Virus record (IMG/VR): IMGVR_UViG_3300025121_000443 | Span: 1-59,731 of that record | DNA: 59,731 bases | Source of the DNA: a virus | Taxonomy: Duplodnaviria > Caudoviricetes | Strand: one strand, 5' to 3' | Shown here: positions 20,118-30,051 of the stretch, in pieces | Layout of the letters: the number at the start of each line of letters is the position of its first letter | Numbering within the stretch: position 1 is the first letter of the stretch | Program-made: the position numbers and the translations under genes | Notes under the pieces: model-generated | The model's database searches: none | The model's input: the letters and a program-made list of their open reading frames with translations, nothing else | Told to the model about the DNA's origin: nothing

Positions 20118-22987
20118 TGGATAATAATTTCTCAAAAGAATTTTCTAAATCTATTCTTGCTCTTTCTAAAAGAGTACGTACTCTTGAGATTCGTCCTTTT
20201 GGGTCTGGCTCAAGCGGAGGTGAAAGTAGTGCTCCACCCGAGAAATTCCAAGTAGGTGTTCAGACAACTGCGGTAGGAGATAGAAATATAAGAATAGTAA
20301 CTGGAAAACTTTGGGAAGAAATGACCGGAACTATAATGATATCTCCTTTTGATAGTTCGGACTCATCTACATTTACTATATGGTATTTTGATGGTGCTGG
20401 TGATTGGTCGTATATATCTGGAGAACAACAAATTTTAGGTGAATATTATGACGATAGTAGTGGTACATTAGCAGAGTTATCATACGGATATTATGGTGTT
20501 TATTGGGTTATTCTTGGTTATGATGGTACTCCTTATATTTTACTCAATAAAGAGCAATACGTAACATTTGCTGATGCTCAAAAAAGTTCAATTCCATACG
20601 AAGTTCCAACAGATTTACAGACAGATGCTTTTTTCGTTGCTCGTATAATAATCCAAAAAGATGCAGAGTATTTTTCAGAATTGCTTAATTTATATTCACA
20701 AACTCTTGGAGCATTATCTGCAAGCGGTACTTCGGATAATCCGTACGCAATAATTTTATATGATAAAAGTCTACAAGAAATACGATATTATGCTGTATCC
20801 AATAGTGGATTATTCCTAGCTTTAGAAGCTTCTGCCAGTGGAGATATAATACTTATTCCTCCTGGAACTGTATCCTCAATAGAAGGTGATGGAACTCTTT
20901 TTGTTTCAACGATTGGAGCTGAAAAATGTATTAGTATAGAACCAGGTGGAGTTCTTCCTACTGGCTGGAATGAATTATCATTTGACGATTCCAGTTGGGA
21001 TGATTCTATTGCTGGAGATGGATATCAAACAATTATTGCCGGAACAGAGAGAGTTTCTCACCAAGCTGGTGATAATCCAGATCAAGGAATAATGTTATTT
21101 CGTAGAGTTATCAATATAACAGGTCCTATAACAGAAGTTAATGTCAAAGGAGATGATTATATTGATGCTGTGTATATAAATGGATCTTTAGTTTATGAAA
21201 ATGGTCCAGCAAATACACTTGGAACTGCAAATCCAAGTGTATCTGTGTCAGGATTCGGAAATAATATTATTGCATTTAAAACAAGAAATTCAACTCAACC
21301 AGCTCAGGTCATCAATTATATGGATCTTTCGTATGAAATTTCAGCAGAGGAAACATTTTTGATCATTCCAGTTGGAGTAGAAATAATTGGATTGGGAAAA
21401 AATAGTATAATTACTGGTTCCATCGAAAATAATGGTATTTTAACAAATATTCAAATTACAGGAACTATTTCAGGAACTGGCATAATGAGAATGGTTCCTA
21501 ATCCAAGCGTAGAATTATTTTCAAATCAAATCAAGAGTTTGATTGAAACAGGAACTTCTCCATTTTCCATTGAGAGCACAACTTTAAATACGAATTTAAA
21601 TGCTGATTTATTGGATGGAGAACATGCCAACGCTTTTGCAGACTCAACTCACACCCATACCGTATCTGATATTACCGATTTTCCTGCCATTGAAGATGAT
21701 CCCGTCTTATCGATAATTGAAGAGGTTGGCGATATGATTTATCGAAAACAAGATATTCCTGTATATACCAATTATGCTACGGTAGGACATGGAGCATCGG
21801 CAACAGCAAATTCTACTTATGAATCTTATGTTGCTGGGAATGCTATTGATGAGAATGACGCAACATTTTGGGCTGGTGCTTCTAATCCCGTAGCTGATGA
21901 CTGGATATATGTTAATCTAGGTCAGTCAAGAATAATTCATAGATTTAGACTTTTTCAACATATAACTGCTTGGGCAGCAACTTCGTATAAAGTACAGGGT
22001 AGTGATAATGGCATAGATTGGACAGATATTGTAACTATAACAGTGACGGCACAAGATGAAACTATTGATTTTGCTTCACCACAAACTTATCAATATTTTC
22101 GATTCTATGCTTTAGCTGGAGGGGGCAACTCTTGGGATATATTTACCATAGAACTCTTCGGAGTTCATTTGGAACCTGATAATGACATCGCACGATTGCC
22201 CATCGGCACTGAAGGTGATGTACTTACCGTTTCAGGTGGTATTCCTGCATGGGGATCAATTCCAGCTCATACCCATGAAGAAGCGGATATTACCGATCTT
22301 GACCATGATGCTGTAAAAATTGATGGTATAACGGTTGATCTTACGGGAATAACAGATGGTCAGGTGATCAAATATGATGTAGGAACAACCAGTTTGATTG
22401 CTGGAGATGATGAAGGTGGTGGGTCATTAGACGACCTTACCGATGTAGATTTAACTGATTTAGCTGATGATGATATTTTAGTTTATGATTTAGCAACAGG
22501 GACATGGTTACCAGAAACCCCTGCAACTCCTTCTTCTGCTCTTGCTGATTTGACTGACGTTGATTTAACTGGCTTAGCCGATGATGATATTTTAGTTTAT
22601 GATTTAGCAACTGGAACGTGGTTACCGGAAACTCCGGCGAGTGGAACTTCACTAACTGTAGAGGAACAAGATGGTACTCCTACTGTTGCTGACGTGATAA
22701 AAATCAAGGTAACAAATGGAACTCTTACAGATGACGGTAGTGGTGTAGTAAGTATTGATTTTGGTAGTGCTGCAACAGATGGTGCTGCCATTCATGACAA
22801 TGAAGCCAATGAAATCAGTGCAATTACAGAAAAAACCACACCTGCTGACGATGATTTATTGATTATTGAGGATAGTGCTGCAAGTTATGCGAAAAAGAGT
22901 GTAAAAATTAGCAATTTACCCTCTGGTGGTGGAACAGGAGAAGTTCCTCCAGCTTTGAAAGTAATTATGAATCAAAATTTTGTTTAG
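20117..22987 (+). CDS. Tail fibre/receptor-binding protein with jelly-roll and F5/8-type C (discoidin) domains
   Basis: W....FDDSSW, DD...VYING; LNADLLDG.H; NAIDEND.TFW, WIYVNLG, YKVQGSDNG.DW; L.DLTDV repeats. Confidence 0.75.
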   Translation: MDNNFSKEFSKSILALSKRVRTLEIRPFGSGSSGGESSAPPEKFQVGVQTTAVGDRNIRIVTGKLWEEMTGTIMISPFDSSDSSTFTIWYFDGAGDWSYISGEQQILGEYYDDSSGTLAELSYGYYGVYWVILGYDGTPYILLNKEQYVTFADAQKSSIPYEVPTDLQTDAFFVARIIIQKDAEYFSELLNLYSQTLGALSASGTSDNPYAIILYDKSLQEIRYYAVSNSGLFLALEASASGDIILIPPGTVSSIEGDGTLFVSTIGAEKCISIEPGGVLPTGWNELSFDDSSWDDSIAGDGYQTIIAGTERVSHQAGDNPDQGIMLFRRVINITGPITEVNVKGDDYIDAVYINGSLVYENGPANTLGTANPSVSVSGFGNNIIAFKTRNSTQPAQVINYMDLSYEISAEETFLIIPVGVEIIGLGKNSIITGSIENNGILTNIQITGTISGTGIMRMVPNPSVELFSNQIKSLIETGTSPFSIESTTLNTNLNADLLDGEHANAFADSTHTHTVSDITDFPAIEDDPVLSIIEEVGDMIYRKQDIPVYTNYATVGHGASATANSTYESYVAGNAIDENDATFWAGASNPVADDWIYVNLGQSRIIHRFRLFQHITAWAATSYKVQGSDNGIDWTDIVTITVTAQDETIDFASPQTYQYFRFYALAGGGNSWDIFTIELFGVHLEPDNDIARLPIGTEGDVLTVSGGIPAWGSIPAHTHEEADITDLDHDAVKIDGITVDLTGITDGQVIKYDVGTTSLIAGDDEGGGSLDDLTDVDLTDLADDDILVYDLATGTWLPETPATPSSALADLTDVDLTGLADDDILVYDLATGTWLPETPASGTSLTVEEQDGTPTVADVIKIKVTNGTLTDDGSGVVSIDFGSAATDGAAIHDNEANEISAITEKTTPADDDLLIIEDSAASYAKKSVKISNLPSGGGTGEVPPALKVIMNQNFV
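22427..22640 (+). repeat. 114-bp (38 aa) tandem repeat in tail fibre
   Basis: L.DLTDVDLT.LADDDILVYDLATGTWLPETPA twice. Confidence 0.85.
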
Positions 22988-22996
22988 GAGATTATT

Positions 22997-23392
22997 ATGG
23001 CTGCAAATACAAGTCCAATTTTTACACTAACTCCAGTTATAGGGATGGTTGCAATTTCAACTGCCAACACAAATCTTGATGGAACAGGAACGATAGGAAC
23101 TATAATTACTGGTGGAACAAATGGAACAAGAATACACAGAATTACGATCAAAGCGATCGTTACTACTACTGCTGGAATAGTTCGTTTGTTTATTGATGAT
23201 GGCTCAAATATCAGACTTTGGAAAGAAATTCTTGTCACTGCAATTACTAAATCAGCAACTGTAGCAGCATTTATTGACATAATAGAGCTTTTTGAAGAAG
23301 AAGCTCTAATCCTTCCTGCTACCTATGAATTACAGGCTGCAACTGAGAAAGCAGAAGCATTTAATATTATCGCGGAAGGTGGAGATTTTTAA
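22997..23392 (+). CDS. Small tail-fibre-associated protein
   Basis: RBS AGGAG; beta-rich; between fibre and Gly-rich gene. Confidence 0.5.
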   Translation: MAANTSPIFTLTPVIGMVAISTANTNLDGTGTIGTIITGGTNGTRIHRITIKAIVTTTAGIVRLFIDDGSNIRLWKEILVTAITKSATVAAFIDIIELFEEEALILPATYELQAATEKAEAFNIIAEGGDF

Positions 23393-24219
23393 TGGCAGGA
23401 AATAGAGGTTTTCACGGGTTTTCATTCAAAACAAGATCGCAAAAATACCCTATGGCTCATGGTGGAAATATAACTGAAGTAGATGACGATAGAATTCATA
23501 TATTTACTACTAATGGAACTTTTGAAGTTATACGAAGTGGTCATATTAAGGTTTTAATGATCGGGGGTGGTGGCGGTGGCGGAGCAGGTCGTGCTGGAGG
23601 TGGCGGGGGAGGTGGATATATTATCAAAGAAGAAATTTATATTTCGAGAGGTGTTTACAATGTAGTTGTTGGAGCTGGCGGAGCTGGTTCTACCAATCTA
23701 TCCGCAAAAGGATCAAATGGCTCAGAAACAACATTTTATGGAATGTCTGCATTAGGCGGTGGTGGAGGTGGTAGTGAGAATACCGGAGCAGGGACTGATG
23801 GAGGAAGCGGCGGTGGGGGTACTGCTGTCGCTAATGCGGGTGGTAATTCCCTTCAATCTCAAGGTAATAATGGTGGAGCTGGTGGTACAACTACAGGATA
23901 TAGAGCCGGTGGGGGTGGGGGTGGAATGGCTGTTGGAACGACTGGAACTGACACAGTTGGTGGTGATGGTGGAATGGGTTATTTAAGTGACATTATCGGA
24001 GTATCAACGTATTATTGCGGCGGGGGAGGTGGTGGTGCTAATGATAGCCCTGCTGGAGCTGGTGGATTAGGCGGTGGGGGTGCTGGAAAATTTACAGCTG
24101 GAGAAGCTGGCGGTAATGGTACTGTAAATACTGGAGGAGGAGGCGGCGGTGGAGCCGGTACAGCATCACGAGGAAATGGTGGTAATGGTGGATCTGGAAT
24201 TGTGATAATAAGGTATTAG
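23392..24219 (+). CDS. Glycine-rich adhesin-like tail tip protein
   Basis: IHIFTT.GTF, poly-Gly runs, terminal GGSGIVIIRY. Confidence 0.75.
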   Translation: MAGNRGFHGFSFKTRSQKYPMAHGGNITEVDDDRIHIFTTNGTFEVIRSGHIKVLMIGGGGGGGAGRAGGGGGGGYIIKEEIYISRGVYNVVVGAGGAGSTNLSAKGSNGSETTFYGMSALGGGGGGSENTGAGTDGGSGGGGTAVANAGGNSLQSQGNNGGAGGTTTGYRAGGGGGGMAVGTTGTDTVGGDGGMGYLSDIIGVSTYYCGGGGGGANDSPAGAGGLGGGGAGKFTAGEAGGNGTVNTGGGGGGGAGTASRGNGGNGGSGIVIIRY

Positions 24220-24483
24220 ATGAAACCAATAACCAGAATCTTTCTGCTCACTCAAATCCTCGATCTTACATTTACGTATTATGCACTCAGTAATATGATT
24301 GCGTTTGAGATCAATCCATTAGGGCTTACAGTTCAACTGATTCTAATGAAGGCTCTGGTGATTGGGTTAGTGGCTTATTTGTTGGAGAAAACAAACTTGC
24401 CGAAACTGGTATGGGTTATTCCTATCATTACAATTCTTGTAGTTGTGTGGAATGGTATAGTAATAATGTCGGAGTTACTGTGA
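24220..24483 (+). CDS. Small membrane protein (DUF5658-like)
   Basis: LD..FTY, E.NP, K, WN pattern with three hydrophobic helices. Confidence 0.55.
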   Translation: MKPITRIFLLTQILDLTFTYYALSNMIAFEINPLGLTVQLILMKALVIGLVAYLLEKTNLPKLVWVIPIITILVVVWNGIVIMSELL

Positions 24484-24526
24484 CCTATCCAATTTATTTA
24501 CCCTTAGTTCAAAAGAAAGGACTACT

Positions 24527-25381
24527 ATGACACGAAATAGATTACCGAAAGGGAAAGGTTGGTTCATCTGGGTTATTACTCAGACGATGAAAGGTGATCC
24601 GCAAGCACTTGCTCAGGCTGCTAGAAATGCTGGAATAGAACATTTATTCTTTCATATCCATGATGGATATCTGAATGAGAGACAGGTTCCGGGTGGTGCT
24701 GATTTAACACCATTCATTGATGCTTGTACAGCTCTTGGGATTGAATGTTGGGGTTGGGGAGCTGTATATAAATCCACATGGTCACAAGGTTGTGATCGAG
24801 TCATTGAAGCCTTCAATAAGTATCCAAAGTTAATAGGGTATATTCTGGATGCAGAAGCTCCGATCAAAGGCGCTTATTCAGAAGCAATGGCTATCATGAA
24901 TAAGTTGAGATACCATCTGCCAAATATTCCTATTGGACTTTCATCTTATCGATTTCCTCATTACCACATGACCCTACCGTGGAAGGAATTCAGAGCAAAA
25001 TGCGATTTCGATATTCCACAGGTCTATTGGGAACAAAGTACAGGAGATACCGCTGGAAGTGTTCAGTTAAAAATGTCATATGACGAATTCAAAGCGATGG
25101 ATATCAAACTTCCCTTCGTTGCTACTGGCTGTGCGTACATTGTAGGAACATGGAAGCCAACAATTAATCAGATAAAAGGGTTCTTTGCAAAGGCAAAGGA
25201 ATTAAATCTGAATGGAGTTGATTTCTGGGTGTGGTATCAATCTCAACGAGATCTTCCTGCCTTATTCACATATATTCAGGAATACAAATATTCCGAGATA
25301 GTTATACCGCCGAATATTCCTGTTTATACACTCGAAGAAAAAGTCAATAAACTTTGGGAAATTCACCCAGAGTTACATTAG
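24527..25381 (+). CDS. Putative endolysin (TIM-barrel glycoside hydrolase, GH25-like)
   Basis: GKGWFIW, WGW, YILDAE (D-x-E), PQVYW motifs; directly upstream of membrane-protein cluster. Confidence 0.65.
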   Translation: MTRNRLPKGKGWFIWVITQTMKGDPQALAQAARNAGIEHLFFHIHDGYLNERQVPGGADLTPFIDACTALGIECWGWGAVYKSTWSQGCDRVIEAFNKYPKLIGYILDAEAPIKGAYSEAMAIMNKLRYHLPNIPIGLSSYRFPHYHMTLPWKEFRAKCDFDIPQVYWEQSTGDTAGSVQLKMSYDEFKAMDIKLPFVATGCAYIVGTWKPTINQIKGFFAKAKELNLNGVDFWVWYQSQRDLPALFTYIQEYKYSEIVIPPNIPVYTLEEKVNKLWEIHPELH

Positions 25382-25389
25382 GAGAAACC

Positions 25390-25560
25390 ATGTTAGTAGA
25401 ATTGTTATTAATCTGTATCGTCCTTGCCATAGTTTTCTATTTGCTGTGGAAATTTGTACTTCCCATAATTCCAGCACCTTGGGGAAACATCATATTGGCA
25501 ATAATCGCCCTCATTGTGGTGATATTTTTATTAAATAAATATTTAGGATTAGGATTGTAG
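25390..25560 (+). CDS. Small two-helix membrane protein
   Basis: RBS AGGAG; two hydrophobic helices separated by PIIPAP. Confidence 0.6.
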   Translation: MLVELLLICIVLAIVFYLLWKFVLPIIPAPWGNIILAIIALIVVIFLLNKYLGLGL

Positions 25561-25569
25561 GAGGAGAAA

Positions 25570-25938
25570 ATGATTCCATCAGTAACTTTTAGTTCAGACC
25601 TGTTGATTATGATTGCAGGCGTTGTCGTATCAGCCGCTTTCACGTATATTCCCAAATTTAATACGTGGTTTGCCCTAAAATCCGATGAAGTGAAGCAACT
25701 CACAATGTTGGGATTGCTGTTTGTGATCACGACAGTGATTTTCGCTCTTGGATGCTTCGAGTTGATACCAATTGAAAATTTCGTCTGTGATAAAAATACT
25801 ACAGTGTATTTTATCTATACATTCATATTAGCTGCTATATCAAACCAATCTGCCGACAGAATATTACCTAAACCAATCGCTGTTCGACAGGCTCGTGAAG
25901 TCGTAGTAGAGGATGAACTGTATAAGAAACCAGAGTAG
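25570..25938 (+). CDS. Putative holin
   Basis: Three hydrophobic segments, charged C-terminus, after lysin. Confidence 0.55.
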   Translation: MIPSVTFSSDLLIMIAGVVVSAAFTYIPKFNTWFALKSDEVKQLTMLGLLFVITTVIFALGCFELIPIENFVCDKNTTVYFIYTFILAAISNQSADRILPKPIAVRQAREVVVEDELYKKPE

Positions 25939-25947
25939 GAGGAACCA

Positions 25948-26217
25948 GTGTATGATTTATTAGTCTACTTCAATTTCGTCCTGTCCTTCATTGCTGGAAC
26001 AATATATTTGCGAAATTTCATACGATGTAAAGAATTTTGGAAATGGCTAAAATTCATGCACATGTTTACTCTATATGTTGTCGCTGCAATCTACACGATG
26101 TATGCACTGAAGATTCCAGTTGATCCAATTTTCGTAAGACTCAATACTACTATCCTAGTTATTTTATTCGGGGTAGACGGTTTTCTAGGAAGGAGTAAGT
26201 ATGGAAAACGGTCTTAG
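25948..26217 (+). CDS. Membrane protein
   Basis: GTG start with AGGAGG RBS; three hydrophobic segments. Confidence 0.55.
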   Translation: MYDLLVYFNFVLSFIAGTIYLRNFIRCKEFWKWLKFMHMFTLYVVAAIYTMYALKIPVDPIFVRLNTTILVILFGVDGFLGRSKYGKRS

Positions 26218-26749
26218 CGTCGCAGAAAAAATAGTAGCCATGCTGATGATACTGGGAAGTATAGTCGGTACACTCGTTACCGCTATTGGTACAGCAAGAC
26301 GGGCTAAAGAAGAATCAAGAGCAAAGATAGAGAAAGAAAAACAGGAACTAAAATCTCACCTAGAAGCCAAAGAAATCGAAAAGGAAGTAAAGAAAGTTGA
26401 ATTAGCCAACCAATTAAGAGCTTTTTACGATAAATTATTGGAGGAAATGGATGAGAAATATCGTAGCTCAGAAGATGAAATAGCAAAATTAAGAATCTCA
26501 CTCAAGACGGTACAGGAAGGTATAAATAAAAACTCGGAAGAGTTAGAAGGAGTTAAAAAGGAGTTATCTAAGGTAAAGAAAGAAAAGGAAACGTTGAGAG
26601 ATGCAGGACTTCTTCTTATTAGAGCAATCGAGGAAAGTATAATTAGTAGAGATCCTGACTGTTTAGATCCTGTTCATGTTAATACAAATGTATTAAAAAC
26701 ATTGAACGAAGTGAAAACTTTATTTGAAAACGGAGTAACAAAAGGGTAA
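26201..26749 (+). CDS. Membrane-anchored coiled-coil protein
   Basis: N-terminal hydrophobic helix then long E/K heptad region. Confidence 0.6.
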   Translation: MENGLSVAEKIVAMLMILGSIVGTLVTAIGTARRAKEESRAKIEKEKQELKSHLEAKEIEKEVKKVELANQLRAFYDKLLEEMDEKYRSSEDEIAKLRISLKTVQEGINKNSEELEGVKKELSKVKKEKETLRDAGLLLIRAIEESIISRDPDCLDPVHVNTNVLKTLNEVKTLFENGVTKG

Positions 26750-26782
26750 TGTTCACTTACTGGAGGTGATCCAAATCTACAA

Positions 26783-26818
26783 AGGGCTGTAATCATTTTT
26801 TACAGCCCTATTGTTTTT
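26783..26818 (+). terminator. Rho-independent terminator ending late operon
   Basis: AGGGCTGTAA-loop-TTACAGCCCT followed by ATTGTTTTT. Confidence 0.7.
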
Positions 26819-26896
26819 GGATAAAAAAGAAGGTATAATTTAACAAATCTTAAAATTTTGTAAATAAAAAGATGAATTTTTTGATGCCTTTTTGTA

Positions 26897-26925
26897 TTGT
26901 AAATGAACCTTAAATAGTGTATAAT
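26897..26925 (+). promoter_or_regulatory. Sigma70-type promoter for replication operon
   Basis: TTGTAA-17 bp-TATAAT. Confidence 0.75.
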
Positions 26926-26959
26926 TTTAGTATGCCAAACCTAAAAGAGGAATTTCAAA

Positions 26960-28855
26960 ATGGAATATAATTGGGAAAACCCCGAAGATGTAGTTGAAGC
27001 TTTATTGGTATTATATGAATATCAAACACAAGATGAAAAACAATTAGCCGTAACAGCTTATAGAAATGGAGTTGGGTTTAATGCTTTAGATGCTCCAATT
27101 CTATCTTCATTTGCAGAGCAGATAAAAAGAACAGGTTATTTGTCAGAAAAGCAATATAACCTTACAAAGAGCCTTATTATAAAATATAAGACACAATTAG
27201 GACAAAAAAGCGGCTCAATAAGCGGTTTAAATTACTTTAAGGGTATATACGCCCCCGCACAAAAACAGCAAAAAAATAATGGAACGCTAAAAGTTCAAGA
27301 TGGGTATGTATTTTTCATACCCAATATTTATCCTTCCAATCAAATAAAGCAATATGGATTTACATGGCAAGGTACTCAAATTGGATGGAGAGCAAAATTA
27401 TCTAGAAGGTCAGTCGAGGGTGTATTGCAGCTATTTTCGAATATAGCAATAGATCCAAGCGTAGACGCTTATCTAGAGCTTGAAGGTAGCTCCATTACTG
27501 TTTCTTCTACCGTTACTGAGAGTGCTTTATTTCCTTTTCAAAAGGAAGCTGTAAAGTTTCTTCTCCAGAGTAAGAAGTCTATGCTTGCTCTTGCTCCTGG
27601 ACTTGGAAAAAGTGCTTCCGCTATATTTGCCGGAAATGAGTTACCAGTTTCTAGCATTCTTATTATATGTCCTCTAACACTTACAAGAAATTGGAAAGCA
27701 GAAATCAAAAAGTGGATAAATGAGGAAGCAGTTATATGGAAAGGTAAAATAAATAATTGGGAAAACTACGATAAATGGGTTATAACCAATTATGATACCG
27801 TAGTAAGAAATTTAGACGATATTTTGAAGCAAGAATTCAAAGCTGTAATAGTAGACGAATCCATTCTTGTAAAGAATAGAAAAGCAAAAAGATCAGAGCT
27901 GATAAAAAGACTTGGGAGAAAAATAGATTATTTGTGGTTACTATCTGGAAGCCCAACATCAAGATTTCTTGACGATGTTTGGATGCAATTTAGCATACTT
28001 GATCCCAAAAGATTTTCTTCTTATTGGAGATTTGTGAATACTTATTGTGATATTGAGACAACTCAATGGGGTACTAAGGTATCTGGAAATCAACCAGACG
28101 CTATTGAAAGACTCCAGAAAGATACTAAAGATATATACTTCTGCCGTACTCAAGAAGAAGTTTTGGATATACCAGATTGGATTTTTGATACAATAGAAGT
28201 TGAGATGGGAAAATCCCAATATAAAGTATATGCTCAGATGGAAGCAGAATTTCTAGCTGAATTACATGAAGGAGATTATATACTAGCTCCTAATGTTTTG
28301 AGCCAGATGATTAGATTATTACAATTTGCCAGTAATCCAATCTTACTTGACGGCGTTGATGATGGTGCTAAGTGGAATGCGGTAGAAGAAATACTTGAAT
28401 ATGAGGAATTACCTGCTATTGTTTGGACGCAATTTATAAAGACGGCAGAACTTATGTATGACAAATTATCGAAGAAGTATAGAGTAGCTGTATTGACAGG
28501 TCAAACGAAAGCTGATCAGAGACAAACTATAGTAGACAATTTTCAAGCAGGAAAGCTGGATATAATAATTGCTCATCCCGCTGTTGGAAAGTTTGGACTT
28601 ACTCTTACCGCTGCTCGGACTGCAGTCTACATGGAACGTTCATATAATGGAGATGACTATTATCAGAGTTTGTACCGTGTGAAAAGAATTGGTACTACGA
28701 AATCTCCGCATATAATTCATTTATTAGCGGTTAGACCACAGGGGTCTGAGGGATATACTATAGATCATGTCATAGATAATGTATTGAAATATCGTAAGGA
28801 TAACAGTATAGCAATCACCTCTGGAATGATACGAGAATATTTAGGAAAATCCTAA
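26960..28855 (+). CDS. SNF2-family helicase with extra N-terminal domain
   Basis: LFPFQ, PGLGKS, IVDES, LSGSP, GLTLTAA, Q...RVKRIG motifs. Confidence 0.85.
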   Translation: MEYNWENPEDVVEALLVLYEYQTQDEKQLAVTAYRNGVGFNALDAPILSSFAEQIKRTGYLSEKQYNLTKSLIIKYKTQLGQKSGSISGLNYFKGIYAPAQKQQKNNGTLKVQDGYVFFIPNIYPSNQIKQYGFTWQGTQIGWRAKLSRRSVEGVLQLFSNIAIDPSVDAYLELEGSSITVSSTVTESALFPFQKEAVKFLLQSKKSMLALAPGLGKSASAIFAGNELPVSSILIICPLTLTRNWKAEIKKWINEEAVIWKGKINNWENYDKWVITNYDTVVRNLDDILKQEFKAVIVDESILVKNRKAKRSELIKRLGRKIDYLWLLSGSPTSRFLDDVWMQFSILDPKRFSSYWRFVNTYCDIETTQWGTKVSGNQPDAIERLQKDTKDIYFCRTQEEVLDIPDWIFDTIEVEMGKSQYKVYAQMEAEFLAELHEGDYILAPNVLSQMIRLLQFASNPILLDGVDDGAKWNAVEEILEYEELPAIVWTQFIKTAELMYDKLSKKYRVAVLTGQTKADQRQTIVDNFQAGKLDIIIAHPAVGKFGLTLTAARTAVYMERSYNGDDYYQSLYRVKRIGTTKSPHIIHLLAVRPQGSEGYTIDHVIDNVLKYRKDNSIAITSGMIREYLGKS

Positions 28856-28885
28856 TTATTACTTCAAAAGAAAGGAGGACTTCAA

Positions 28886-29197
28886 ATGGAAGAAGCCAAT
28901 AAATTTAGAACGTTATTTGTTGTTGAACCGTCACATGATTTGTCTATTACAAAGAAATATACAGATAATGTAAAGTTCATAACCACAGGTACAGAACTTG
29001 TGGAAGAATTGCCAGAAAGGGTGTCAGCTTCCTTGGAAGAATTTGATCCAAAATTAGATGCAATTATTCCTATGGGAAGAACGTCTGCTTGCCTTATTGC
29101 TGGATTATTTATACGTTCAAAAATTCCTAAGGGGGAAAAGGTGAAAATAGGAATCTATAGAAGTGACGCCTATATTTTTATAGACGTGGAGGTATAA
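28886..29197 (+). CDS. Hypothetical protein
   Basis: Strong RBS AAAGGAGG; tight operon packing. Confidence 0.55.
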   Translation: MEEANKFRTLFVVEPSHDLSITKKYTDNVKFITTGTELVEELPERVSASLEEFDPKLDAIIPMGRTSACLIAGLFIRSKIPKGEKVKIGIYRSDAYIFIDVEV

Positions 29198-30051
29198 TGC
29201 GAAAGTTTTCTCATTCGTCTATGTCGACTTTTCGTCGATGCAGAGCACGATATAAATGGAGTTATATAGACAATTATCGCACGGATTCTGGATTAGGTCA
29301 GAGTAGAGGATCCATAGGTCATGCCGTTTTACAAAATTGGTATGAACATTTGGATATGGAAGATCAAAATGAACGAGATGAACTTGCTATGAAAGTAGCT
29401 GCTAACATGTATAATGATCTAGAAGCTACTATGGAGCAAGACTTTACTGCTGATTGGGATCTTATGTGCGTAATATTGCCTAGATACTTCGATTGGGCTA
29501 GAGAGAATGATAACTTTACTCGTATTGTCTCTCTTGAACAAAAGTTTGAAATTCCTATTGGAAAGCATACCGTAATAGGATATATTGACGGTGTTGTGGA
29601 AGTCAATGGTGGGTTATGGCTCTTAGAACATAAATTCAATAAGCGTGTAAGTACAGGACATATAGATCTCGATCCTCAGATGAGCTTGTATATGTTAGCT
29701 GCTCATACGTTAGGAATAGATGTTAGAGGAGTATTCTTTAATGTTATCCGTGCTGCAGAAGGTGGAATAGCTGCAAAAGAGCCTGTGGTAAGAGCAAGGG
29801 TCTACAGAAATCAGGAAGGTCTTAGTGCTATTGCCTATGAAACAGAAACCCAATTGGATGAAATGGAAGAGTTTCATCGACTTGGAGGTAGAGTCTACAG
29901 AAATCCAACCAAGGATTGTAGTTGGGATTGTGGATTCTATGGTGCTTGTTTAGCAATAAATGATTGCGGAAGCCCTCATGAAGTACTCAGTAAACTTCCT
30001 ATAGTACCGCATGAGAGTTCTCAAGATGAGAAAGGAGAAAGCAGTGAGTAA
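29197..30051 (+). CDS. PD-(D/E)XK exonuclease, Cas4/RecB-like with Fe-S cysteines
   Basis: SHSS...F.RC, G...H, GYID...LEHK, C..DC.F...C. Confidence 0.85.
   Translation: MRKFSHSSMSTFRRCRARYKWSYIDNYRTDSGLGQSRGSIGHAVLQNWYEHLDMEDQNERDELAMKVAANMYNDLEATMEQDFTADWDLMCVILPRYFDWARENDNFTRIVSLEQKFEIPIGKHTVIGYIDGVVEVNGGLWLLEHKFNKRVSTGHIDLDPQMSLYMLAAHTLGIDVRGVFFNVIRAAEGGIAAKEPVVRARVYRNQEGLSAIAYETETQLDEMEEFHRLGGRVYRNPTKDCSWDCGFYGACLAINDCGSPHEVLSKLPIVPHESSQDEKGESSE

Noticed and set aside
23392-24219. Collagen-like or simple-sequence contingency locus
   Set aside because: Poly-Gly is encoded by mixed codons without G-X-Y periodicity; ordinary Gly-rich tail protein.
29197-30051. CRISPR-associated Cas4
   Set aside because: It sits in the standard exonuclease-Sak4-SSB recombination module; no cas1/cas2 or array.
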